From: Defluviitaleaceae bacterium | GTDB lineage: Bacteria; Bacillota; Clostridia; Lachnospirales; WRAX01 | Direction of reading: 5' to 3' | NCBI GenBank assembly: GCA_009784615.1 | Contig: WRBJ01000001.1 | Location: 72,810 to 136,809, forward strand | DNA: 64,000 bases | Part shown: piece after piece, positions 56,968 through 64,000 of the stretch | Position numbering within the stretch: position 1 is the first letter of the stretch | How the letters are laid out: each line of letters opens with the position of its first letter | Position numbers and translations under genes: made by a program | Notes under the pieces: generated by a model | Seen by the model: the letters and a program-made list of their open reading frames with translations, nothing else | Database searches by the model: none | What the model was told of the DNA's origin: nothing

Positions 56968-57311
56968 AGTACAGTCCTTTTTTGCGTACTTAAAACACAC
57001 CCTACAATAAATTTTAATCCAACAAAATAAAATCACAGCAAATTTTATCCAATTTTCGCATTAATAACACCAAGCGAAACATAAAATATTGCAATGATTT
57101 TATTTTTTTGCTCAAAAATTTCTGTGGATTTTCTATCTTGATGCTGTGGATTTTGTAATTTGCGACAACCCGAAACACAAAGAAAAACCGCACAGGGTAA
57201 GCGGTTGATGGCTTTGGTTTGCGGTTTGTTATCTTTTAATTATAGTATCTTAATTAATGTTTTTGTGTGGGTGGGGCAACAAAAAAACGTACAAGGAGGA
57301 TGGATTTCAAA

Positions 57312-57860
57312 CTATTCTATCCGTTCGTAAATTCTACGACTGCCGTGTGTTGTGCTGTCAATTATTGTTAAAGTGCTGTCTTCAATTTCAAATCTTCTGT
57401 CCGTTGTGCCAGTTCTATTAGCTACGCTATATGACAACATATCTGCACCACCAAGCAAACCGCCTTGCGACCTGCTCCATTCAAGGGCAACATCATTTAA
57501 ACTACCTGTGCCGTCTTCGTAAAAAGTTATAATATCGCCTACATCATAGCGGCGGATGGTGGGGCTGATGTTTTCGATTAGTTTCCAAGAGCCGATTAGT
57601 TTAGAAAAAAGCGCATCATAATCAATCGTATCTTCGTTATTACCCCTCGTGTTGTTAATGTTTGAATTGCTTTGTTCTGCTTCATTTCTTGCGTTGGTGG
57701 GGAGGTTTATAAAAGGCTCTGCATTATACATCACCTCGTGCATCTCAGTCATAAACTGACTTACATACTCTAAGTTTCTTGTTGTGCGTGCGCAAGCCGA
57801 CAATGCAAAAGCAAAAGCCATTATCAGCACAGCCATCAAAAATTTTCTATACAACTTCAT
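57312..57860 (-). CDS. Lipoprotein, function unknown
   Basis: ATG at 57860 after GGAGGG. Lipobox FALSAC. Confidence 0.6.
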   Translation of the reverse strand: MKLYRKFLMAVLIMAFAFALSACARTTRNLEYVSQFMTEMHEVMYNAEPFINLPTNARNEAEQSNSNINNTRGNNEDTIDYDALFSKLIGSWKLIENISPTIRRYDVGDIITFYEDGTGSLNDVALEWSRSQGGLLGGADMLSYSVANRTGTTDRRFEIEDSTLTIIDSTTHGSRRIYERIE

Positions 57861-57920
57861 AACATCGCCCTCCAAAATCAAACACTCACAAGGGCGGTAC
57901 ACACCACCCCTGATTAACCA

Positions 57921-58190
57921 TTATTGACTTGATAATCTATTAATGATATACTGCTCTAGGCTTATGCCTTGACTATCTGCTTCTTTAGTTAATTCCTTAC
58001 GCAATTTTCGTGATACACGGACAGAAATTCTTCCACGTTTATCTTGTTCTTTGCGCAAGGCACGCATTTCTTCTAGGGTAATACCTTTGGTGTCGTCATT
58101 TTGTTCTGCAATCCGAGCAAGAGCCGCTAAATCTTGTGCATTAGGTTCAATTTCTTGTGTAGCAAGAAATCTTTTTTCGATTTTGGTCAT
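57921..58190 (-). CDS. Ribbon-helix-helix antitoxin
   Basis: C-terminal GRISVRVSRKLRKELTKEADSQGISLEQYIINRL (RHH). Start overlaps the stop of the upstream RelE-like gene. Confidence 0.6.
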   Translation of the reverse strand: MTKIEKRFLATQEIEPNAQDLAALARIAEQNDDTKGITLEEMRALRKEQDKRGRISVRVSRKLRKELTKEADSQGISLEQYIINRLSSQ

Positions 58191-58453
58191 TATACATACC
58201 TCCCATAATCTATATTACCTCGCAAATTTATTTCTAAAACATAAATAGTATTTGCTTCTTTGTCATACTCAAATATAAGCCGATATGGCGGTTTTTTAAG
58301 CCGATATTTAGAACTTCCAGCCAATTTTTTAATATCGCCTTCCCATTTTTCCAACCCCTTTAATGCTTTATCCAATTTCTTAAATGCTTTGTTGTCTACG
58401 GCTTGAAGAAATTTTACTGGTTGTTTTTTAGGCTTTACATTAATTTTCTCCAT
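58190..58453 (-). CDS. RelE/ParE-family toxin
   Basis: YRLKKPPYRLIFEYDKEANTIYVLEINLRGNIDY matches the RelE/ParE C-terminal pattern. Confidence 0.7.
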   Translation of the reverse strand: MEKINVKPKKQPVKFLQAVDNKAFKKLDKALKGLEKWEGDIKKLAGSSKYRLKKPPYRLIFEYDKEANTIYVLEINLRGNIDYGRYV

Positions 58454-58553
58454 ATGCTCCCCCTGTATAAATATATTGTAGCATAATACGTTATGATTTT
58501 CAAGTGTTTTGTTATAGGGCGGCGATTTTTGCCGCCCTATAACTTTTTATATA

Positions 58554-59054
58554 TTACTCACCAACCGCCAATTTAAAATGCGACTTCTTCCTCACCTCAC
58601 TACTACCATACATCACCCGTATATCATCCATTGAATAATCTCTACGGCTTCTACTTCTATAACCTTCGGGGGCTAGATACCAGCTTTGTTTGTTATTTGA
58701 CCATCTAAACCCCATTTCTTTTAGTATATCTTTGTAGGGTTTTGTGTTACCACTTACCCATACAAACGACCCTATAATTTCTATTAGCACATTTTCAAAT
58801 CTTATTAACTCGTTTATTATGTTGATGAATTGTTCGGGCGTTTCCTCTGTTTCTTTGGTATATTGTTCGCCCTGTGCATTGGTATGTATGTCTTTTAGCT
58901 TCTTGAACAACTCACGATATTCACCATTAACAATTTTCATTTCTTCCTCATCACCGCCATTGTCGGGGTGGTGCATATGCGCTAACTTTCTGTAGAGCTT
59001 CTTTAACTGTTCGGCAGTTTTGGGGATTGGGTTAAAATACTTGTAATTTTTCAT
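58554..59054 (-). CDS. J-domain protein
   Basis: LKKLYRKLAHMHHPDNGGDEEEMKIVNGEY carries the HPD tripeptide of J domains. The C-terminal region IIGSFVWVSGNTKPYKDILKEMGFRWSNNKQSWY has unknown function. Confidence 0.75.
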   Translation of the reverse strand: MKNYKYFNPIPKTAEQLKKLYRKLAHMHHPDNGGDEEEMKIVNGEYRELFKKLKDIHTNAQGEQYTKETEETPEQFINIINELIRFENVLIEIIGSFVWVSGNTKPYKDILKEMGFRWSNNKQSWYLAPEGYRSRSRRDYSMDDIRVMYGSSEVRKKSHFKLAVGE

Positions 59055-59093
59055 ATGAGGTTTTCTCCTGTTCTCTAATTTATTATGCTTTGT

Positions 59094-59288
59094 CTATGCT
59101 TCGTACACTTCAAATCTGTACATATGATGCGGCTCTACATTTACGAAGACGTGGAATTTATAGAAGCCGTCTTTGTCTTTTCGTCCTGCTCGGTGTGCTG
59201 CTGCACTTGTTACAATTTCGCCTTTGCTGGTGTAGTAGTCAGTCCAGCTTTTGGCGATGTTTTTTGTTTTCGATTGTAGGTTTGTCAT
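59094..59288 (-). CDS. Hypothetical 64-aa protein
   Basis: RBS GGAGGA and its own consensus promoter (59341-59369, minus strand). No recognisable domain. Confidence 0.45.
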   Translation of the reverse strand: MTNLQSKTKNIAKSWTDYYTSKGEIVTSAAAHRAGRKDKDGFYKFHVFVNVEPHHMYRFEVYEA

Positions 59289-59340
59289 TTTGTGTCCTCC
59301 AAAATTTAATATAAAGTAAATTTAATAACTTATTAATATT

Positions 59341-59369
59341 ATTATACACTATAAAATGTATATTGTCAA
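59341..59369 (-). promoter_or_regulatory. Consensus sigma-A promoter on the minus strand (TTGACA-17-TATAAT with TG)
   Basis: The reverse complement reads TTGACAATATACATTTTATAGTGTATAAT. Confidence 0.6.
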
Positions 59370-59421
59370 CACTTATTTTCAAATTTATTAAGTTTTTTTA
59401 AAATTTATTTAACATTTAGTG

Positions 59422-59450
59422 TTGACATTAATTTTTAAGTGTGATAATAT
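59422..59450 (+). promoter_or_regulatory. Plus-strand promoter (TTGACA ... TGTGATAAT) for the XRE gene at 59492
   Basis: TTGACA at 59422-59427. A -10-like GATAAT/TAATAT lies at 59443-59450, preceded by TG. Confidence 0.45.
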
Positions 59451-59491
59451 GCAAACAATTAAAATAAAGCAACCGAAAGGAATACAAGAAA

Positions 59492-59704
59492 ATGTATATG
59501 TCAGAAAAAATAAAAATCGCTTTGATTAAAAGAGGTATGACATTAAAAGACTTAGCAGACAAGCTAGAAACAACTCCATCAAATTTGAGCAACAAAATAA
59601 GAAGGGATAACTTCCCCGAAAATGAATTGCACGAGATAGCAAAAGCACTCGACTGTACATTTAATGTTAGTTTGACTATGAATGATACAGGGGAGAAAAT
59701 TTAG
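59492..59704 (+). CDS. XRE-family HTH protein
   Basis: LIKRGMTLKDLADKLETTPSNLSNKIRR HTH motif. Confidence 0.7.
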   Translation: MYMSEKIKIALIKRGMTLKDLADKLETTPSNLSNKIRRDNFPENELHEIAKALDCTFNVSLTMNDTGEKI

Positions 59705-59925
59705 GGGAACAAAGACACCCAAGATTGATTTCTTCTTTCACAAAGTAGAAGTATATATAATCCAAGATAATTCATTATAGTGTATTGCGGTAATTAGTTC
59801 GGTAATTATATTTTATAGTGCCTTAAAATGCGCTATATTGCGCTATTTACATTTTATCATTTATAGCTTAAAATAGTCATAAAGATACTATGAATACTAG
59901 CTTTTAGTAGGTTTTGCAATAGGGT

Positions 59926-59987
59926 CTTAAAATCCTGCGACCTCAACAGTCGTGCCAGTTCGAGTCTGGCTTCGGGCATTGTGAAAC
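59926..59987 (+). repeat. attR: 62-bp direct repeat (duplicate of the tRNA-Leu 3' part)
   Basis: Identical to 34875-34936. Lacks the tRNA 5' half. Confidence 0.9.
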
Positions 59988-60018
59988 TCCCTACACTCAA
60001 GGTGTTTGGGAGTTTTTT
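59984..60018 (+). terminator. Rho-independent terminator (probable original tRNA-Leu terminator, now displaced to attR)
   Basis: AAACTCCC ... GGGAGTTTTTT. Confidence 0.6.
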
Positions 60019-60331
60019 GTTTAATCCCATAAACAAAAACATAAGTATGCAAAATGCTCAAGGCTGAAGGCAACTATCATTTTTGCAAAGCGGTGTGTGT
60101 CTGCGGACTTTTGGAGCAATTATAAGCAATAGGCAGTCAACTTTATCTCCAACGGCAAAGTGTATTGTTTCTGCTCGCAAATATGGTAAATAGATATCGC
60201 TTCATTATAAAGCTGAAAGCGATAAAGCCAGAGGCAAGTAAAGAACACTAGAGGCATATGGTGATATTGCACTAAAAATGGATTATCAAGTCTGTCGAAG
60301 CTAGATTTTGCTGAGATTTGAAAATTACAAT

Positions 60332-60376
60332 AAAACCACCTGCTTTTCTCCAAAAGATATATGCAGGTGGTTTTTT
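60332..60376 (-). terminator. Hairpin terminator downstream of the REC-GGDEF gene
   Basis: AAAACCACCTGC ... GCAGGTGGTTTTTT, with A- and T-runs on both sides. Confidence 0.6.
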
Positions 60377-60379
60377 ATG

Positions 60380-61282
60380 TTATATTGTTTGCACGCGGTT
60401 GCGTCCGCTTTGTTTTGCCTGGTATAGGGCTTGGTCTAGCTGGTTATGGAAGATGATGAAGTCCGCATCGTTGTCCGTAGGGGCTGGGCTTATTGTACCT
60501 GCGCCTATACTTACGGTTATTTTGACGTTTTTACCCGATACAGGAATCGAGGTTTTTTCTATAACAACCCGTATACGTTCAGCAATATGCATAGCACCTT
60601 TTATGTCAGTATCTGGCAAAAGAACGGCAAATTCTTCACCGCCCCATCTATAAACACTGTCGCTTTGACGGTTTAGCGAGGCTTCTATGGTTTTTGCCAC
60701 TATTTTTAAGCATATGTCGCCATTAAGATGACCGTAGCTGTCATTAAAGGTCTTAAAATGGTCTATATCTATCATCAACATACTAAAAGTGTCACCTTTA
60801 CGTTTTGCTTGGCTCCAAACTGTGCGTATATTTTGGTCAAAGCCACGACGGTTGTATATTCCTGTTAATCCGTCTGTCAGGCTTAGATTTTCAATAATAC
60901 GCATTTGTGCTTGCATTTGCAAATGTAGCTTTACACGCAAATTGATAATGATGTCTGTGAAAGGCTTGCGAATATAATCCACTGCGCCCAAAGCAAGCCC
61001 TTTCGCTTCGTCGGTGCTGGATACCGAGCCAGTTACAAAAATTACGGGTATATTCTTTGTATCCTCATTTTCCTTTAACTTCAAAAGCACATCGAAACCC
61101 GACATACCTTTCATTACAAGGTCAAGCAAAATTAGGTCAATTTTATGTTCGGTAAGCAGTTTAAGTCCCTCTGCACCAGATTTTGCCATTTTAACATCAT
61201 ATTTGTTTGACAAAGCACGCCCCATAATCATTAGCTGCATAGGCGTGTCGTCTATTACCAAAATGCATTGTTTTTCACCCAT
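60380..61282 (-). CDS. Response regulator with GGDEF diguanylate cyclase output
   Basis: Receiver LVIDDTPM...DLILLDLVMKGMSG. GGDEF domain with RWGGEEFAVLL. Confidence 0.85.
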   Translation of the reverse strand: MGEKQCILVIDDTPMQLMIMGRALSNKYDVKMAKSGAEGLKLLTEHKIDLILLDLVMKGMSGFDVLLKLKENEDTKNIPVIFVTGSVSSTDEAKGLALGAVDYIRKPFTDIIINLRVKLHLQMQAQMRIIENLSLTDGLTGIYNRRGFDQNIRTVWSQAKRKGDTFSMLMIDIDHFKTFNDSYGHLNGDICLKIVAKTIEASLNRQSDSVYRWGGEEFAVLLPDTDIKGAMHIAERIRVVIEKTSIPVSGKNVKITVSIGAGTISPAPTDNDADFIIFHNQLDQALYQAKQSGRNRVQTI

Positions 61283-61284
61283 TG

Positions 61285-64000
61285 CTAAACCCCCAAATCA
61301 TCACGCAAAACCGAAAGTGTATCAAGTGCTACGTCAAAATCTATGGCCTCTATTTGTTCTATAAGTTCGTTTGTTTTTGGGATTTGTGCAAGGTCTTCGA
61401 TAAGCTCTAGTGCGGAAAAACTGCTTGATTGCAGTAGCGGTGTAAGAATATCGAACACCTCTTTCGCTTTTTGTTTGTCCAAAACAACGACATCTATTCG
61501 GCGTGCAGGATAGGTACTTTCTATTTTTTCAAGCAAAATAACCATTTTTTCGTTAAGTTGCGAAAGGATTTCTTCAGATTTTTCTTTTTTATTAAAAGCC
61601 AATTCTGCCTTTTGTGCTAAATGTAAAATATCTTTTGCGTCAATAAGCCCTGCAAGCCCTTTTAATGTATGTGCCAGCCTATGGGCTGTTTTAAAATCAT
61701 CTGCATCTAAGGCTTTTTTAATGTCGTCCATTGCGGTTTTTTGGCTATTTGCAAAATCTCGGTTTAGTTTATATGAATAATCTGTACCTTTTAGAAAGTC
61801 GTTGATTTTGCTGGCTTTTATGCCGCCATCCTCGCTGGATTCCCTTGCCGCCAAAACAACCGCTTCGGGCTGTATATCACGCACATATTTATTTAATATA
61901 TCATTAAGACGTGTGGTTTGTATTGGCTTTGAAATAAAATCGTCAAAGCCGTTGCTCATAAATTCTTCGGCTTGCCCTATTAGGGCGTTGGCGGTAAGTG
62001 CGACAATTGGTGCATTATAACCCATTTCACGCAAAATTTTTGTGGTTTGCATACCATCTAGGTCTGGCATCATATGGTCCATAAATATTATGTCATATGT
62101 TTTGCCGGATTTTACGGCATTTATAGCAGCAAAGCCATTGTTGGCGGTCTCTATATTAAGGTCGTAAAAATCCATTAACCCTTTAGCAACAAACAAATTT
62201 GTCGGCACATCATCTACAATCAAAACAGAGCCATAAGGCATAGATTCTGGAATAAAATTGGTCTTTTTGATGGATGTTAGCGCACCCGTTTCATAATTGT
62301 GCAGGTTAATTGCTGTATGCTTACCTATAACGCCGTCTGCCGCAATGCGTTGCGGCAGACGCACGGTAAATAAACTACCTTCGCCCGCTTTGCTTTGTAC
62401 TTCAATTTCACCGTCCATTAACTTAATAAGGCTGTTGGCTATAGCCATACCAAGACCCGTGCCTTGCGTAAAGCGGTCTTGGTGTTCGTGAAAACGCGTA
62501 TATTCGTCCAATAGCATATCAAGCTGTTCTTGGTGCATACCGCGCCCTGTGTCCTTTACTTTTAACACAAGCACAACATCTTCGTTTTCTTTGCATAAAT
62601 CGTAATCACAGCTAATATCCAGCATAACATTACCAGTATCTGTGTATTTAAAGGCATTTGATAGTATGTTGTTTAAAATCTGTTTTACACGTAGCTCGTC
62701 GCCGTATAAAGTGGAAGGTATATTTTCGTCAACATCAACTATAAACTCTAAATTTTTATTTCCGCTATATACTAAATGCAGTTGTATGGTGTCCATTATA
62801 AAGCTGGCGGTGTCATATTTATGCACTATTAAATCCATTTTACCTGCTTCGATTTTAGAAATATCTAAAATATCGTTAATTATACTTAACAAAACGCTTG
62901 CAGAATCGTGGATGGTTACAAAAGCCTCCTCTATTGCTGTTGGCAATGCAGCATTGCGTAATTGTATTTCTGAAATACCAAGTACCGCAGAAATTGGAGT
63001 GCGTATTTCGTGCGACATTCTTGCCAAAAAGCGGGTTTTTGCGTGACTATTTTCTTCCGCAATAAGCGTGCGCTGCTCTTGTTCCAGCATTTGATAAAAC
63101 GCAGACATATCAAGAAAATACGCCACAATAACATTCTTGCCATTAAGCGAAAAGCGTACAAAAGTAACCTCGCAAGGCACAACAATACCACTTGGTTTTT
63201 TCAAATCCCACCCAAAGATAGTATAACCCGTTTGCATTGCCGTCAAAAAAGGGTTTTTAAGGTTTGGTGCATCAAAAATATATCCTACGCCAGCTATAGC
63301 TTCCTCTTTGCTTGTAAAATCAAGCAAATTAACCGCTTCGGCGTTGCAATCTAAAATATTTAAATTTTCGTCAATAAGATAGCTTGCGACTGGGTTGCCG
63401 TCAAGCATTAATTGCGCACGTTCTTCTGCCGCTGTTACATTGTCTAACATTGCATTTATTGTTACAGCAGTTTTGTAATATTCACCTTCAAAGAGGTTTT
63501 CGTTTATGCGTGTGCGGCTGTCGCCGTCTTTGTTGTTTTTGCTTACTTTTTCAATCTCGTCAATAAGCCCTGTAAAGACACGCACCATTTTACCAAAAAC
63601 ACGTGAAATTTCATCATTGCCTTCATTTTTTAATGCTGTTTCAAAATTACCTGCCGCAACAAGGGATGCCTCGGCTTCTATCGCCTTTATTCTGTCTTTA
63701 AAGGTTCGCAACATCAAATACGCCAACCATACGGCTAAAACTATTGCGACGATTAATGCCATAGCAGTAACACCGTTTGACACGCCCCTGTAACGATAAA
63801 TATCTTCCTGCGCCATATCACGATGTGTAAGGTGTAATTGACGAAGCGCACCGACCATAACCTCGCCTGCTCTGGAACGTTCTAATGCGTTTGCGTGGTC
63901 GTGGCTACCATTTCCGTCCCAAAAGAAATTATCACGATAAATTTCATATACTGAATTTATTTCTTCCATCATACGACCCATTATGTGGATACGGCTGTCG
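61285..64000 (-). CDS. Hybrid sensor histidine kinase (HAMP-PAS-HisKA-HATPase-REC-Hpt); 5' end may lie beyond the window
   Basis: FLARMSHEIRTPISAV H-box, GTGLGMAI G2 box, receiver LIVDDVP...FMDHMMPDLDG, Hpt HTLKGLAGLI. The frame stays open from the Met at 63981 to base 64000. Confidence 0.85.
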   Translation of the reverse strand, partial: DSRIHIMGRMMEEINSVYEIYRDNFFWDGNGSHDHANALERSRAGEVMVGALRQLHLTHRDMAQEDIYRYRGVSNGVTAMALIVAIVLAVWLAYLMLRTFKDRIKAIEAEASLVAAGNFETALKNEGNDEISRVFGKMVRVFTGLIDEIEKVSKNNKDGDSRTRINENLFEGEYYKTAVTINAMLDNVTAAEERAQLMLDGNPVASYLIDENLNILDCNAEAVNLLDFTSKEEAIAGVGYIFDAPNLKNPFLTAMQTGYTIFGWDLKKPSGIVVPCEVTFVRFSLNGKNVIVAYFLDMSAFYQMLEQEQRTLIAEENSHAKTRFLARMSHEIRTPISAVLGISEIQLRNAALPTAIEEAFVTIHDSASVLLSIINDILDISKIEAGKMDLIVHKYDTASFIMDTIQLHLVYSGNKNLEFIVDVDENIPSTLYGDELRVKQILNNILSNAFKYTDTGNVMLDISCDYDLCKENEDVVLVLKVKDTGRGMHQEQLDMLLDEYTRFHEHQDRFTQGTGLGMAIANSLIKLMDGEIEVQSKAGEGSLFTVRLPQRIAADGVIGKHTAINLHNYETGALTSIKKTNFIPESMPYGSVLIVDDVPTNLFVAKGLMDFYDLNIETANNGFAAINAVKSGKTYDIIFMDHMMPDLDGMQTTKILREMGYNAPIVALTANALIGQAEEFMSNGFDDFISKPIQTTRLNDILNKYVRDIQPEAVVLAARESSEDGGIKASKINDFLKGTDYSYKLNRDFANSQKTAMDDIKKALDADDFKTAHRLAHTLKGLAGLIDAKDILHLAQKAELAFNKKEKSEEILSQLNEKMVILLEKIESTYPARRIDVVVLDKQKAKEVFDILTPLLQSSSFSALELIEDLAQIPKTNELIEQIEAIDFDVALDTLSVLRDDLGV

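Larger units (their letters stand above)
34875..59987. mobile_element. Integrative conjugative element of about 25 kb (Tn1549/CTn4-like gene set) in tRNA-Leu(UAA)
   Basis: Perfect 62-bp direct repeats at both ends. A tyrosine integrase lies next to the intact tRNA. Excisionase, coupling protein, VirB4, VirB6-like, PrgI-like, Maff2-like, M23 hydrolase, MobC and relaxase genes lie inside. Confidence 0.85.

Noticed and set aside
60040-60330. Non-coding gap right of attR, including the 77-aa minus-strand ORF at 60120-60353
   Set aside because: There is no RBS, the composition is odd and no domain is recognisable. The ORF overlaps the terminator hairpin of the GGDEF gene. Probably non-coding.

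Overview
Low-GC, spore-forming Firmicutes (Clostridia-like) chromosome segment. All calls come from reading the sequence and ORF track and from recalled family motifs; no searches were run.

Left about 35 kb, mostly core genes:
- an atypical Opp/Dpp-type peptide ABC transporter operon
- tmRNA, a deoxyinosine glycosylase, tRNA-Ala(GGC) and the cotJABC spore-coat operon
- uvrB/uvrA, then GrpB, dcd, valS-folC, a TPR protein and phosphoglucomutase
- small accessory insertions scattered among these

Right about 25 kb: an integrative conjugative element (ICE) inserted in the 3' end of tRNA-Leu(UAA).
- It is bounded by perfect 62-bp direct repeats (34875-34936 and 59926-59987).
- It carries a tyrosine integrase, a cI/cro-like switch, an excisionase, ParAB, a Gram-positive type IV secretion gene set, MobC plus relaxase, a Rep-like gene, two toxin-antitoxin pairs, an Mrr-like nuclease and a J-domain protein.
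- Beyond attR lie a REC-GGDEF regulator and a hybrid histidine kinase, whose 5' end may run off the window.

Most unusual observations:
1. One 700-codon ORF fuses a C5-cytosine methyltransferase to an HpaII-like restriction endonuclease. It sits tightly between uvrB and uvrA. An AT-rich orphan gene with an RNxxxH (HEPN-like) motif follows uvrA, next to a GrpB nucleotidyltransferase-fold gene.
2. An OppC-type permease carries a roughly 560-aa RCC1-like beta-propeller in its first extracytoplasmic loop. Its partner OppF-type ATPase has a roughly 210-aa coiled-coil insertion.
3. An ICE protein fuses SpoVG, DUF3991 and Toprim domains. The ICE also shows candidate operator, arm-site, iteron and oriT-like DNA motifs.

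No CRISPR array, rRNA gene or riboswitch was recognised.
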